Counted from the first letter of the stretch, positions 25,765-40,173 are shown. The stretch: DNA of 64,000 nucleotides from Octopus bimaculoides (GCF_001194135.2 NC_068985.1:107368549-107432548), one strand, 5' to 3'. A program made the numbers and translations. The notes: generated by a model not told the origin, from the sequence alone.

Positions 25765-26224
25765 TTTATGGCACCTGTACCAGTGGAGCACTAAGAGCAC
25801 TGTCCGAGCATGATCGTTGCCAGAGCAGCTGTCTGGCTTCCGTGCTGGTGGCACGTAAATAGCACCATTTGAGCATGATTGTTACCAACGTCGCCTTCCT
25901 GGCACTTGTGCCAGTGGCATGTGAAAAGACATTCAAGCGAGATCATTGCCAGTGCCGCTAGACTGGCTCCTGTGCAGGTGGCACATAAAATACACCATTT
26001 TGAGCGTGGCTGTTGCCAGTACTGTGTGACAGTCCTTCATGCAGGTGGCATGTAAAAGCACCCACTACACTCTCGGAGTGGTTGTCATTAGGAAGGGCAT
26101 CCAACTGTAGAAACTCTGCCAAATCAGATTGGAGCCTGGTGTAGCCATCTGGTTTCACCAGTCCTCAGTCAAATCATCCAACCCATGCTAGCATGGAAAG
26201 CGGACGTTAAACGATGATGATGAT
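25765..26224 (+). mobile_element. Family A retroelement, longer copy with internal direct repeats
   Basis: Near-identical 3' 230 bp to positions 1-229; repeated gtgctggtggcacgtaaa-type modules. Confidence 0.8.
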
Positions 26225-26699
26225 TTCTTTGTCAACATCCAAAGTGTCACAACATTGCATAGAAGCATGAAGAATGTGTCGGTTGTTTAAAATTTACACT
26301 CCAGTTGCAGTGTCATTTTTATATGGAGGCAGAAAGGCAGGAGAAAATTTGTATATCTGAATGTCACCTGATTGCAGTTAAATGAAAACTTGGAGTGGAT
26401 TCAAATGGTTTTTGCTTAGTAATGAAGCACATATAAATCCAAAAGATCTAGATGTCTGTGATGTGGTATTGTGTTTAACTTTTCTGATACTAACCCACCT
26501 GAGACTGTCCATAGTTCCCTGATACAAACTTTGGATTTTAAAGTGATGTAAATAATAATAGTGATGAACTTATTCTATATGGTGCTTAGGTGCACTTCAG
26601 CTCACCAGAAAAAGTAGCCCAAAGTGCATGAACAGTACATATATGCACAAGAAGTGAACAGTGAATGAGTCATTTAAAAAGAAAATCGAGGTGTCGTCA

Positions 26700-27200
26700 G
26701 ATGTACTGTTAACAAACTTCAGGAAGCAGGGAAGGTTTGAAGGATGCAGTGTCCTGATAGTTAACAATTGATGTGTTTAGTTTACTCCATGCTTCACCAA
26801 TTCTGAGCATGGAAAAATGTTTCCAAAAATCATGGATGCTGTGTTGTTTTTTGATTTTGTAAACATGTCCATGAGTGTTAGGCATACAGAATTCAGAAAG
26901 GTGCTCAAGGTTGTTGTTGGAAAGATCGTGGATAATCTTGTGGGTGTCTACCAAGACATTTGTCAGGCATTGGAAGTTTGCTGTCTATGACCAAGGAAGC
27001 AAGATGTTCAGAGTATGGTAGATGTCTGATGGTGGGTATTCATCTAGTTGCATGTTTCTGAACAGTTTCCAAGAGATTAATATGCTGAGCAAGATAGGGG
27101 TTCCAGAGTCGTGATGCAAACTCAAGTGTGGACATACCATAGCTATATACAGCTTCAAATCGATTGCTAGAGAGTGGCTGACAAAGGTCTTACTGAGTGA
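26700..27200 (-). mobile_element. CR1-like LINE 3' fragment
   Basis: Minus-strand translation LYIAMVCPHLEFASRLWNPYL...LETVQKHATR...LVDTHKII...HGHVYKI matches the CR1 RT C-terminus. Confidence 0.8.
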
Positions 27201-27202
27201 TG

Positions 27203-28125
27203 CTAAGACACTCTCAGCCTTCTTGACAGTTTTTTAAACATGATTTGTCCAACCCAAATTGCTGGGTGGACTTCAGTGCCTACCTGCACAGCCTGCCACA
27301 ACTCTCGGCAAGAGAGGCGGAGTGCTGCAAAGGTGCCATCATGGCGGCGGAAGTGAAGGATGCGATGGCGGGATGCTCGAGGGACAACTCTCCGGGTTTG
27401 GATGGTCTGCCCTACGAGCTTTACAACTGTATGCCAGACTTGTTTGGAGACGTCTTGGTGGCAGTGTACTGCAACTGGCAGCAGAACGGGAGCATTCCCG
27501 GTTTTGTGAGCCAAGGAGCCGTAACGCTGCTGAAGAAAGATCCAAACAAGGGGGACGTCATAGATAACTTTAGGCCCATCACTCTGCTCAATGCAGACCT
27601 GAAAATTTTGACCAAAGGTGTTAGCTAAGCAGTTGGCGCTTGTCATCAAGGCGCAAACGTGCGCCGTGCTGGGCCGGAGCATCCATAACAACCTCCATCT
27701 GATGCGCTACATCATAGAACGGGTAGTTAAGAAGCCTGACATGAGTGGGGCCCTGATCAATTTGGATCAATCGAAAGCTTTCGATAGGGTAGACCATCAA
27801 TACTTGGAGGCTATCCTCATAGCAGCCGGCTTCGGTCCAGTTTTCCGCAGCTGGATGGCTGCCTTGTACAGAGGCATCCATTCGGTAGTTCGCGTCAATG
27901 GGCATCTATCAAGACCTTTCCACATTGCACGCTTGGTCCATCAGGGATACCCCCTCTCGTCGCTTCTGTACGTATTGACTCTCGAGCCACTACTGCGTCT
28001 AGCCACAAGCACATCGAGCTGGTCGGCGAGACACTGAAAGACCACGAAGCGGTGACGGGAGTGAAAATCAACGGGGAAAAGTTGGTGGGCTTGCGGCTCG
28101 GCACCTGGAGAAGCAAGCCCATACC
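27203..28125 (+). mobile_element. Tx1/L1-like LINE reverse transcriptase fragment with frameshifts and an internal deletion
   Basis: SPGLDGLPYELY, RPITLLNADLKIL, LDQSKAFDRVDH, QGYPLSSLLYVL.LEP, then directly TGVKINGEK; the YADD segment is missing. High-GC island. Confidence 0.88.
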
Positions 28126-30829
28126 TCATCAACTTTTTCAATTATCACTTGAAAAGGAAGGTGAGAGTAGAGAGGCAAGTGTTGTCTAGCAAATGTTTCG
28201 AAAAAAGATGGATACATGTAGCAAGAATGGCATGTATGAATGACGAAGCTACCTCGAACATGATTCTATAGAACCGTAAACTTTATAAGCAGAGAGTTAC
28301 TTCCGTTTCTTCCGTAAATAAAAGTATTTTTCAATTTGTGACATTAGTGCCCGAGGTTACCATGGTCTTTTCGTAGGTTCTTCTTTCCACGGATAATCTC
28401 CCCATTTCTTGGAAAGTTTTTGTATTATTTTATTTTTTTGTACATACACCAAACGTTTTTCGATGCCTTTTGATCGTTATCCCCACTTTTGTTTTTTTTT
28501 TACTTTATTTTCGTCCCCTCGAAAAGAAAAATTCTACATTGTATTTGTCCCATTTGTGTTGAGCTCTGTGTGGCTAATAAAGAAATCTATCTATCCATTT
28601 AGCTATCTGTCTGTCTTTCACTTTTTCTCTCTTTCTCACTCTCACTATATTCCTCTCTCAACAACAACTTTTTCTCCTTTCCTTCATCTAAATATACACT
28701 GTGACAGGGGGTATCTCTCTTTTTGATTCCTTCCCTACTTACCTCCCTCTAAAAGATGTTGTGACAGACAGACAAATGGAGATTAGCTTCTCTTTTATGA
28801 TATAAGATTAATCATCTTTGTCTTCCACAATCTTTTGCAAAACAAGAGAAAAATAAATGTTGTTATATTTGTGAGAAGTCATGTTCAATAAAGCCTTCAA
28901 GCACACAAGTTGTTTGTCTTGTTCATTTCTCATTTTCAAAACAGTTTCCAAAAACATTTTCACCACAGATGTGTAAAAGAAACCACAAAAGAAAACTTCT
29001 GAGGTCATTAATATATCATTAATTATCTCAGTCTTTCATCATCTTTGAAGTACTAGAAATAATAGCCAAATTTGTTTCAGATCAGACTCCCTTTTCTTAA
29101 AAAAAAAAAAGAGCGGATACATTAGATAATGTCATGCTAATTACACTGTGATTAAATAATATAAAATGAGATAGAAATCCAAATGTTTAAAACAAGATGC
29201 CATATTATTTAAGTGGTTTAGTACAAACTGACCGGAGAGTATACCAATTTCAGGGCTAATGGACATAGAAAAATGCCAAGGAATTACATGAAAATTTGGA
29301 CATGTGTTTATTGTTGAGTAGTTTAGAAAAATTAAAATATATGACATTCATAAACTTAATCTATCTGGAGAAAAGCAAACAGATTGAAGATGGTGAATAA
29401 ATAGAGTTTAATGTTTGATGACCTGTTTTAAAAAAAAAGGATTTTTTTAAAAATCAGATTCCAATACATAGGAATATGTGATAATGTGGCTCTGCCCAGG
29501 TTCCAAGGGTACCAGATTAGCAGACTTGTATGAAGAGACAGTGTCCCCTGTATCCAGAGTTGTAGTACAAAGTAGCCTCAGTACATAAGTATATCCTCCA
29601 AGTATTTGACAATGGATATAAGTGCCTGACAGGAGGGCAGAGGACTCCTGTCTTGAGTAAAATGGACTCAAAAGCTGAAGTGAAGAGTATTCATGATTAG
29701 AATGAAAATAACTCTTGGCTTGAGAGTAGAGGACTTGTATTTATATGGTAACAGCCTAGAGATTTGCTGTTTGGAGCTTGTGGCCATTGCAGTGACCCTT
29801 TCCAAACAAAACCTTTTTGCAACAAAAACAAATGTAGAACTATGCCCTCATTACCAAATAGACCAAGGGAAAATAAGGGTTAGTAGAATTCATGTAAATG
29901 AATTGGAAATGAAGCTAAATACTTAAAAGGAGAAGAATTTAAACAAACACAATTCAGAAATACTTAAACTGATGTGGTAGGGGAGGCCATTCAGTATAAT
30001 GAAAAACCTTCACCAGTCAAGATATTGATGTGTAATCATACATGCATTGATAGTGCCCAGGAAGCAAACTACAGAGAAGTGAGCAATGCACCTGTGAATG
30101 ATAGCGAGGGTAGATGAGTAAAGATTAGTTGGTTTACAAAGAGTCTGAAAGTACCATACTTGAAGATGAAGATTCAGAAGAAGAAAGGATTACCAGTAGA
30201 AGAAGAGCTCTAGAAAATTTGCCTGTTTAGTCTTATTACACAGGTGATGAAATGTTTAATCCACCAAGTGGAAATGGTAAGTGGAAAGTACAAGAAGGCA
30301 ATAACAAGAGGTCAGTAAGGAGAAAAAAAAATCTTTGACAAGTAGGAACATTAAGGCATGAGAAGGAGAAAAAGGATCTTTTGAAAGCACTATATGATGA
30401 TATTATGAAGTGCATCTAACGGCTGGTCTAAATTAGAGAAGGAAAGAGAGGAGAAGGCTCAAATGGTGGTGCTGAAGACGTTTCAATCAAAATTCTTTAG
30501 TAGGGTGTGAAAAGATGGTCCCAAGAAAGCAGAAACAGTTACCATTAAGCATATTGTCTGGTGCAATAACAATTCTGCCAGTTTGTCTCACAAATACAGA
30601 CACACACACACACACAATACACACAGTGTTATGGTGCAATAACAATTCTGCCAATTTGTCTCACACACACAATACAATCTATGTTATACACACACACAGA
30701 CATACACACACACATACATAATACAATCTATGTTATACCAATACATATTTTATATATTTTAATGTTTGTTTTTCTGTATATGTTCATTATTTTTTGACTA
30801 AACTAGGCAATATCGTGATAAAATATTGT

Positions 30830-31310
30830 CTTAGACATGAGCCTAAGTACATAAAAAAAATTCAAGCAAGTCTGTCCTTCCATCGCTCCCAAAAAACTTT
30901 AGTCGAAAGATATTTTATTGTAATAAAATATCTTCGGTTACTGGTCAAACAGTTAACAAGGAGTACTACTGTGACATGTTGCAGCATTTTCAGGATGCTG
31001 TTGGTCAGAAATGGACAGAATTGCATGTGTCTCCACCATGGCAATGCCCCTGCTCATTTAGCATCGTTTGTGCAGCAGTTTTTGGCCAAGCACAACATTC
31101 CCCAGGTCTGACAATCACCATATTCTCCAAATCCAGCCCTTTGTAACTTTTTCCTCTTTCCAAAAATCAAATCCTACTTGAAAGGAACAAGATTTCAAGA
31201 GGTCAAGGAAATCCAAGACAATGCTATGAAGCAGCTACTCTTATTCCAAACAAAGGAGTTCCAGGAATGCTTCCCTCAATGGAAACAATGCAGGATAAGT
31301 AAACTGTTAA
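30830..31310 (+). mobile_element. Mariner (DD34D-type) transposase 3' fragment
   Basis: LHHGNAPAH...QFLAKHNI...SPYSPNPALCNFFLFPKIK..LKGTRF motifs, with stops. Confidence 0.8.
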
Positions 31311-34300
31311 ATTTAGCCCGAACACCTTGTACACGCACATGAATAGATATACTTTGAGAGAGATTATCTTTTCCAACAACGNNNNNNNNNNNNNNNNNNN
31401 NNNNNNNNNNNNNNNNNNNNNNNNNNNNNNNNNNNNNNNNNNNNNNNNNNNNNNNNNNNNNNNNNNNNNNNNNNNNNNNNNNNNNNNNNNNNNNNNNNNN
31501 NNNNNNNNNNNNNNNNNNNNNNNNNNNNNNNNNNNNNNNNNNNNNNNNNNNNNNNNNNNNNNNNNNNNNNNNNNNNNNNNNNNNNNNNNNNNNNNNNNNN
31601 NNNNNNNNNNNNNNNNNNNNNNNNNNNNNNNNNNNNNNNNNNNNNNNNNNNNNNNNNNNNNNGCATAGTGAGAGTGAGAGAGAAAGTTATGAGAGGGGGA
31701 AAGCGTGTGTGAATGAGTGTATAGGATATTGAGAGAGTGAGTGTAAATTGTCTACCTGTGTCCTAATTACAAACAGGAAAGGAAGATGGCGACCACAGGT
31801 GAGTTTGAGGAAGTGACATATATATACTGTGTCCTCACAAAACGGGACACTGTTCTTTATCTGATTCCATTTATTATTTCATTTCTTACTTAAAACATTC
31901 TGAAGTTATTTACAGAAGGGAGTTCTATCTTTGAGAGCAAGAGATCAAAACTTTTCTACGTTGTATACAGCAGTGTGTCTGGTACGTGTTGTTTCTATGG
32001 ACTGTCCTATATGAATGACTAACTTTAATGTCGTGTATATTTGAAAGGATTTAGACGGGCTCGCTGAAATTTATATGAGAGAACGATTAGGATGTTGTAA
32101 TTATAGAACTTTTAGTATAAGTCCGATACATTTGAAACAGAATTCAGAACACGTTGATTCCCAGGAAAAATCAACATGAAAGAGAAGATCAAGAACTGGC
32201 CTTCTGAATTAGAGGTGGGGGAACTGTGAACGTATTTTTAACAGCCTCCGTCTGCTCAATCTCATCCAGACAACTTGAAATGACCCAAAACTATAGTAAG
32301 AGATAGACGTCCAACATGACGAGATCAGCTTGACCCTATGACTTCACTAGCCTTACACTCAGACACACACACACACTATTCTGTAATGTATTACGGACTT
32401 CCCTGTTTGTTTTGAAAGAGCCTCATTTTTCTGATCAGAATGCACACACACACACACACACACGTAACCTTTTGCGATATACCCAACTACTACGTACACA
32501 TATACATACACACATTTTTTGACTCTCATAAAATATCACAATATATATATATATGTATGTATGTATGTGTGTGTGTGATCCATCTCAGCAAATGGGACAT
32601 GGCTGTTGAAGAAGATGATGTGGGTGTATGTATTGGTGGAGCTAGACGACAGTCACCCCCTCCTCCCCACCACAAAACCCGAGCTTTCGCAATTTTTTTT
32701 TTTCTCAGCGGATTCCTAGGTTTTCGATGACGGATATTCCGAATATACAAAAGATCGCGTTTTCAAAATTTTAAATCTCCCCCCCACCCCGCACGTGGAT
32801 AAACATGGATGAAATCCCATTTGGGAAGTGTTAAAGTTTTTAGTAGACGTATGACGGAGAATTATTTAATATCGTGTTTGCTTCTATGAGAATCGTTTAC
32901 CTTTAAAAATATATATATAAGATCGTCATATACAACAGGTGTGTGACTTGTTTCAGCCGTTCATATAGATTGTTGCGTACGTTCGCGCTTTATTGCTAGG
33001 TGGCGAGGGATGTGTGGATCAAATTTAGAGTTTTTCATATAAAATTTGAAATTAATTAATTTTTCGTTTGCATATTGTTAATCTCCGTATTTTCCCACGT
33101 AGCTTAAATAAAAGAAAAATTCCGAAAGCTCAGTTTGTGTGTGTGTGTGTTATTTTTTTACTACCCACAAGGGGCTACACACAGAGGGGACAAACAAGGA
33201 CAGACAAACGGATTAAGTCGATTATATCGACTTCAGTGCGTAACTGGTACCTATTTAATCGACCCCGAAAGGATGAAAGGCAAAGTCGACCTCGGCGGAA
33301 TTTGAACTCAGAACGTAGCGGCAGACGAAATACGGCTAAGCATTTCGCCCTGCGTGCTAACGATTCTGCCTGCTCGTGTGTGTGTGTGTGTGATCCAACC
33401 AAGTGTTTTCAAGTTCAGTTTCACTCTGCGTCTTCTACTTCAACTCCTGATTGATCAAAACTTTGGTTAGATTTGATAGACAAAGTGAAAGAAGCTTGTA
33501 TGCATGTGTGTGTGTCTGAGTATACACAAATATATGTATATATTTATGTATGTGTGGTTTAAGGACACGAAAATAAAGTTGCTCTTACCACGACTTCCAA
33601 ACAGGTACCGCAAGCAGATCGTTCAGTTTCCAGCACAATATGTACATACACATACATATATATGTATCTCCGTTACACATACATACATACATACATACAC
33701 ACATACATACATACGTACGTACTTACATACATACATTTATATATTTCCAGGGTGTTTGGGATAAAATTGATGATTTTCATGCCCCTCCCCCTTTTTTTTT
33801 CCAAGAACAAAGGCACTGGAGAGCACGAGAAAGTTAGCTGACTTGGAGGACTGGAAACCATCTGAATATTGGAAAAGAATCGCTTCTATCATGATGATTT
33901 GTACTGGGTTGTCTGTTGCTCAGTCCTCTGTGAACACTGTAAAGGCTGTTAGACAATTTAGTAAAGTGAACTTATTCGTAGCAGATGTTCTTTTGACTTC
34001 ATTCACACACACCTAACTCGAGCTCAGAATTTACATCCTGAGTTGTTATCTATAGTCGTGAAAATTAAAAGTAATTCAAATTTAATGTGTTCTTGAAACA
34101 ATAAATTTCTATAGAGATTAGGATTTAAATTTATGAAAAGTTTCCGTCCTACAATATTCTTAAAGGAATGAAAAATTATCCAGCAACTCGGACTAATATG
34201 AACAAGCCTGGTAGGTGTAAAAGACTAACTGGCATCTCTTGTCAAGAGTGAAGGTGACAGTCAGATCACTGATGTTTGTTGTGCACTCTATTGTCGTTAT

Positions 34301-34482
34301 TTGATTGCTGCTTTTCTGTGCGTCTGTATGTAAAGATCAATTGTGTTTTGCAGGGTTGCCTTATTTTTACCCTCAACTTAGAAATGGAGAAAGACTTAGT
34401 GCAAGATACAAAAAATAAGCCATTTGGGGCTAGAAATATTGCGGAAAAATGTGAAATTCTTTGAGTAGGCATGTGTTATATG

Positions 34483-34557
34483 TGAAATCTGTGATGAGCC
34501 CGAGTGATGAAATATGTGATGAGCTTGAGTGATGAAATCTGTGACGAGCCTGAGTGA
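34483..34557. repeat. 25-bp tandem repeat, 3 copies
   Basis: tgaaatctgtgatgagcccgagtga and two variants. Confidence 0.9.
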
Positions 34558-34896
34558 TGCTGATGAACTGGTGTCACTTCTAATATATATGTGTGTGTGT
34601 GTGTGTGGTCATAGGAAAAAATACCTTACTTGGAGACAAGTGAAGGTTGTTAACAAAAAGAATGTCTGGCATACAAATTCTGCCTCAATGAAATCCATCT
34701 GACCCATGCAAACATGGAAAAATGGACGTTAAAACAATGATGATGACTGTGATAACGATCATGATGATGATGATAAATTAGAGATATATACTCTGGTCTT
34801 TAGACCTCCTCTAACATATGACTTTAGTCTTTCAAATTAGTTACAAATGAGGTCAGTTGAGCTTGTTAATGTATATCTAATTACAATTAGATACAA

Positions 34897-34927
<31 letters not shown>

Positions 34928-36298
34928 TACTGTTAGTACAGTCATTAACTTATTTGAAAATCTGGAGCTAAGAATCGTAGCCAACGTCTATTGTTAATCC
35001 AATTGTGAACAAGGATTTTACCCTTGAACTGACTGGACACATGATTTATTTATATCTTTTGTAAAGAATCTTTCTCATTCTTTTGTTCATTAAAGTTTTT
35101 GTAAAGAACCTCCCTCTCTTTCGTGTTCTTTTATGATTTTGTAAATCATTTTTTAAACTCAATCACGACTATTCGAATATTTTTAAGGTAACACTTCAAT
35201 GTTTGTTACTGTTATTTCAGATATTTAATGCCCCCTATTGCTTTCCTGGCAGAAACGTTAGCATGCTGGGCGAAATGCTTAGCAGTATTTCGTCTGCTGT
35301 TACATTCTGTGTTCAAATTCCGCCGAGGTCGACTTTGCCCTTCATCCTTTCGGGGTCGATAAATTAAGTACCAGTTACGCACTGGGGTTGATGTAATCGA
35401 ATTAATCCCTTTGTCTGTCCTTGTTTGTCCCCTCCATGTTTAGCCCCTTGTGGGCACGTAAAAAACACCTTTTGTAACATATTGATTATATTCAGCAATC
35501 TAGAGCACTTTTCTATATCATATATATTTACTACACATACACCTACATATATATATATATATATATATATAATATAATATAGGATAAAATCTTTATAAGA
35601 ATTTATCAAGTAGTCAGCGTGAAAAAAACCTCATANNNNNNNNNNNNNNNNNNNNNNNNNNNNNNNNNNNNNNNNNNNNNNNNNNNNNNNNNNNNNNNNN
35701 NNNNNNNNNNNNNNNNNNNNNNNNNNNNNNNNNNNNNNNNNNNNNNNNNNNNNNNNNNNNNNNNNNNNNNNNNNNNNNNNNNNNNNNNNNNNNNNNNNNN
35801 NNNNNNNNNNNNNNNNNNNNNNNNNNNNNNNNNNNNNNNNNNNNNNNNNNNNNNNNNNNNNNNNNNNNNNNNNNNNNNNNNNNNNTATATATATATATAT
35901 ATATATATATATTAGGTTGTTTCCCATTAAATGTATTTGAAAGGTAACAATAAAATGTTTCAGAAGTGTTAGAAAACTGCTTTATTTAATCAAAGTATGA
36001 TCCATGTTCATTTATGACATTTACCTAACGTTTCTCTCTGTCATATATTCCATCTTTAAAAAGAAATTCATCTTTTGCTGTGATAAATTGTCTGAATGCT
36101 TCAATTACCTCTTCTCTATTTAAGAAGGAATTTATTGAGACTGATTTTATACAGCAGCTGGATGCTCTTCCTATCACAAACTTTTGCTTGCTTTCAAGCA
36201 AGGTAATATTTCCTCATGACCATGTTTTCACAGAAGATTGGAAATGAATGACACTGACAGTCATTTACAACTATCACATGATATTAAGATAAGGGGAC

Positions 36299-36333
<35 letters not shown>

Positions 36334-36618
36334 AACACACACACAAGAGGCTTCTTTCAGTTTCCACCTACTAACTCCATTTGCAAAGCTTTGGCCAGCT
36401 CAGGGCTATCTATGAAGACACTTGTTGGGGGATTAAACCGGAAACCACATAGTTGGTTAGTAAACTTTTTAACCACGTAGCCATGTTTCAACTTGTTGTT
36501 CCCATGGTGCAAATTGAATCTAGGTGAAAGCCAGGATCCTAACCTCTTTTTTTTTGCTTTTATGTTTTTTTACAGTCTTTGCATTATGATTGATGTTGTT
36601 TGCAGAAAGAAACTGACG

Positions 36619-36760
36619 ATGACAATGAGGAAGATGGAGAAGGTGATTTGCTTGAAGTATTTGATTGTGGTGATATGCATCACTCTTCTACCTAAAGTTA
36701 ATAGCCAAAATGGTGTAAATACAAATGTTATCAGACCTGACGTTTCTGAAAGTGTTACAT
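36619..36760 (+). CDS. CUB-like domain type I membrane protein, coding exon 1 (signal peptide MTMRKMEKVICLKYLIVVICITLLPKVNSQ...)
   Basis: Acceptor ttttgcag at 36605, hydrophobic signal-like N-terminus, donor T|gtatgt in phase 1, in frame with the next exon. Alternative starts at 36625 and 36634. Confidence 0.75.
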
Positions 36761-37079
36761 GTATGTATACATTACTTTGATAGTTACTTTTGTTTTGGTA
36801 TTAATTTGTTAATTTATACTGATGGTTCATGTAGGGTTTGTGTATTTAAGATTAGATAGTTGATGAGAAGTAAAATAGACACTCAAGGAGAGGTTTACTA
36901 TCAGGTCATTAAGAATGAAATGTCTGATTTTCTTATGCACCAAGTTTGACGGTCATTAACTCTATTTGACAATTCTATGTCTGACATTACAATTTTATGT
37001 CTTACAACATTGAAGAGTTACATCATCACTTTGTTTTACAACATTGAAGAGTTACATCATTACTTTTCAAAATGCAATT

Positions 37080-37590
37080 CATGGGTTTTCTCTTGTAAAT
37101 TAATTTTTGTGAACCCATGGATAAATAAAAAAATTTGTGTTGTTTATGAATATGAGTTCCGTTGTGAAACCAATACATCACAGACAGCTTGAAACATCAA
37201 TGAAGTGTTTGGTGAAGATGTGGCAAACGAGCAGACTGTACATTGATGGTCTGAGAAGTTCCGATCTGGTGATTGGAAAATCAGCCCTGTAGTATACCTG
37301 AGACCAAGGTGGATAATGAGGAGCTGGGAACTATAGTGGAAGCGGATACATCTCAAACTATGCGTGAGTTAGCAGCAAGGTTTGATGTTTCGATTCCAAC
37401 TGTACTGGACTATCTGAAACAAATCAGCAAGGTAAAGAAGCTGGACAAGTGGGTACCATGCCAACTGAATGAGTATCAAATGGCATGTCGTCTTGAAACT
37501 TGCAGTGCTTTGCTGTTATAGCTTAAAAGCGAACCATTTTTACATCATATTGTTATGTGCGTTGAAAAATGGTTTCTTTTCAACAATAGC
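37080..37590 (+). mobile_element. Mariner transposase 5' fragment (HTH, WVP motif) in CUB-gene intron 1
   Basis: VFGEDVANEQTV, RELAARFDVS, KKLDKWVP, FLHHIV..EKW motifs; degenerate. Confidence 0.8.
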
Positions 37591-38519
37591 AAGTGCTCTG
37601 CTATATAGTGACTTATATGAATACTTTGACTTCAATGATTCTGCATGCCACTTCTCTCCAGGGGCACTGTACTACTGGTAATATGTTGTTAATGTGCTGG
37701 CTTTAAATTTCCCTTAAATATCCCTTGGAAAGGGATCCTCTGCTGATGTTGGGAGATATGTACCCAGCTATACTGACTAATAATTTACCATACTGATATG
37801 AAAAAGGTATAAACTCCACCACAGTAACTTAACTCTCTACCACATCAACATGAAGAGGCAGGCTGTTGTTACTTAACTCTAGGTGTGCTCTAATCAAGCA
37901 GACCTATGATTAATAGCATTCCAGCCCTCCTGTTTTTTTCCTACAGTATAGCCCCCTTCTCTTGTAAAAGTTGGTCCTTGTGAATTGTTACAAAGAAATT
38001 GATATTTTCATTTAATTTTGTTCACTTTATGGAGAACCCAGGATCCCATTATCTAGCATATTATTTTTAAAATAGTTGGTTCTATTTCCAGAAGATCATG
38101 CAACCATGCAGAGGCTCCTGTACTCCAGTATGCTAACATAGTACTCCACCATACTGACATGTATTCAATCATACTGCTTAACTGGTTTTCTTCATATACT
38201 TTATACAAAGGTGAAGAGTGGTATGTCTATGATCTTATCAGATGTGAGAATCACAGAACCCCATACAATAGTTGCTCAAATACCTTTTATGCAGCTGATT
38301 CTGATAGTGATAGTACCAATATATTATTGTTATGATGGGTTACTTGATTTTGAAATTAGGGACTAAAACTAGAGTTCACTGTACCCTTCTAATATACCAG
38401 AAGAAATATGGTTTTCTCTTAAGAAAGAAATCAGTCTTCTAACCATTTATAAGTTATTGCTTGATTTTTATTTTAATTTTCTATTCCATGCTTATAAATT
38501 CATATTTATTAAATTTCAG

Positions 38520-38752
38520 ATTATTTAGACAAAAGCCAAGATTGTAATGGTAATATCCAAGAAGTGTCCAACCAAGTCATCATAACTGCTCCAGGTGGAG
38601 CAAATGGCAACTCAGTGCCTCTCTCCTGTACCATTACTTTACGTACTTTTACTGTGAAGCCCACTATATTTCAGCTAAATATTCAGACAGTAGACTTAGA
38701 ATGTTCAATGAACTTCTACATTTTTGATGGGACTGAAGAACAATCACAATTG
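38520..38752 (+). CDS. CUB-like membrane protein exon 2 (YYLDKSQDCNG...SCTITL...DLECSMNFYIFDGTEEQSQL)
   Basis: Acceptor tttcag, donor TTG|gtaagt, phase 1 to phase 0. Three Cys and the C-x-I-x-L, DLE-C and IFDG motifs fit the first part of a CUB fold. Confidence 0.85.
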
Positions 38753-40034
38753 GTAAGTTCTAATGCTTTCAAATTGAATTATTCCAGCTAATACACCTTA
38801 TAACCATTTTTTTCTCTTTTGACAAAAAATAATTGATGTTAATTATAATACAGTGTATGTTCTAACTAATCTGTGCATGAAAACATAATAAGCATCATGA
38901 ATTGAGAGAGTGAATGACTCATAAATCTTCCTTAAGATGATTTGAATTCAAAATATCAGTCATTGATTAGATGCTCTTGTTAATTTGTGTTTTAATCCAA
39001 AATAATTTTCATAACAAGACTAAATATATTTATACAGAAAATTGACAGTGGTGTGATCTCTCTCTCTCTCTCTCTCTCTCTGGGGGGGAGAAGGCTGTAC
39101 CCATGGGCATTACAGACCAGTAAGAGTGGTATAGTTGCTTGTTGTTATCCATGCACTTTCTGTGCCGCTACAGGTTGGGACAGGTCATTTCTGCTCTCCT
39201 AGATATATCAGGAATCTTCGTCTTATAATTGTTCCATTGTTGGATTGGTTTCTACAAGTGGATGCTCTTCCTAATGCCATCCACTGTATGTACTGGATGC
39301 ATTTCTCATGGCATCAGTGCTAGAGAGTTTGTTATGCTTTCAATAAGACTAAAGGATCATCACCATCATACACATAACAGAGTGAACTGGGTGTATTTTA
39401 TTCTGGCATCAGCACTAGAGAAAATAATGCCAAGAGAGATGGTTAGCAATAGATGGCTAAATGTTGAGAGTGAATGATGCCAAGGGAGTCTATTTTGCCT
39501 CCTAGTTGCAAAGACAATCTCAGCTAATTGAAGCTTTTCAGCTACTCTATTACATATATAAAACTCCATGATATGTCTTCTATCTTTTATTTGTTTCAGT
39601 TATTAACTGTGGCTATGCTGAAGCACTGCCTTAAAGTGTTTAGCTGAACAAATCAACCCCAGTACATATTTTTAAGCCTCGTACTTATTCAATTGGTTTC
39701 TTTTACTGAACTGCTAAGTTACAGGAACAAAAGCAAACCAACACTGGTTGTCAAGCAGGGAACAAATATCACATACAAACACATATATGCACACAGGCTT
39801 CATTACGATTTTCACCACATTTCCAGACAAAGAACTGCATGTGCACATGCATCAGCTCACAGTCTCCCACTTCATAGCTATCCATCACACGCGCTAGTGT
39901 GGATATGTTCGCAGTCTCCCGCTAGATTATCCTACAGTGGAACTGAACTTGAAATGCTGTGGTTGTGAAGTGAGATCTTTCACCACACAGTCATACCTGT
40001 ATCTCTACGTAACATATTTTGTTTGTATTTTCAG

Positions 40035-40173
40035 GAAAGTTACAGCTGTTATACCAAATTAACAGCTCCAGTACAACGGGTCACTACTGGCAACACAGTT
40101 TCATTTCGTCTCACTCGACAATCGGATGGAAGTGCTAGATATGCTGTCAGAATTATAGCACAGACTATTACTG
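40035..40173 (+). CDS. CUB-like membrane protein exon 3 (ESYSCYTKLTAPVQRVTTGNTVSFRLTRQSDGSARYAVRIIAQTIT)
   Basis: Acceptor tattttcag, donor G|gtatgt, phase 0 to phase 1. Fourth Cys and a TGNTVSF strand typical of the CUB C-terminal half. Confidence 0.85.

Noticed and set aside
29440-30300. Coding-like, purine-rich stretch with short ORFs
   Set aside because: Multiple stops in every frame and no recognisable family; possibly a decayed element, left unannotated.
34354-34464. Possible 111-nt exon after tgttttgcag
   Set aside because: The donor (GA|gtaggc) is weak and all useful frames stop; it cannot be supported without RNA data.
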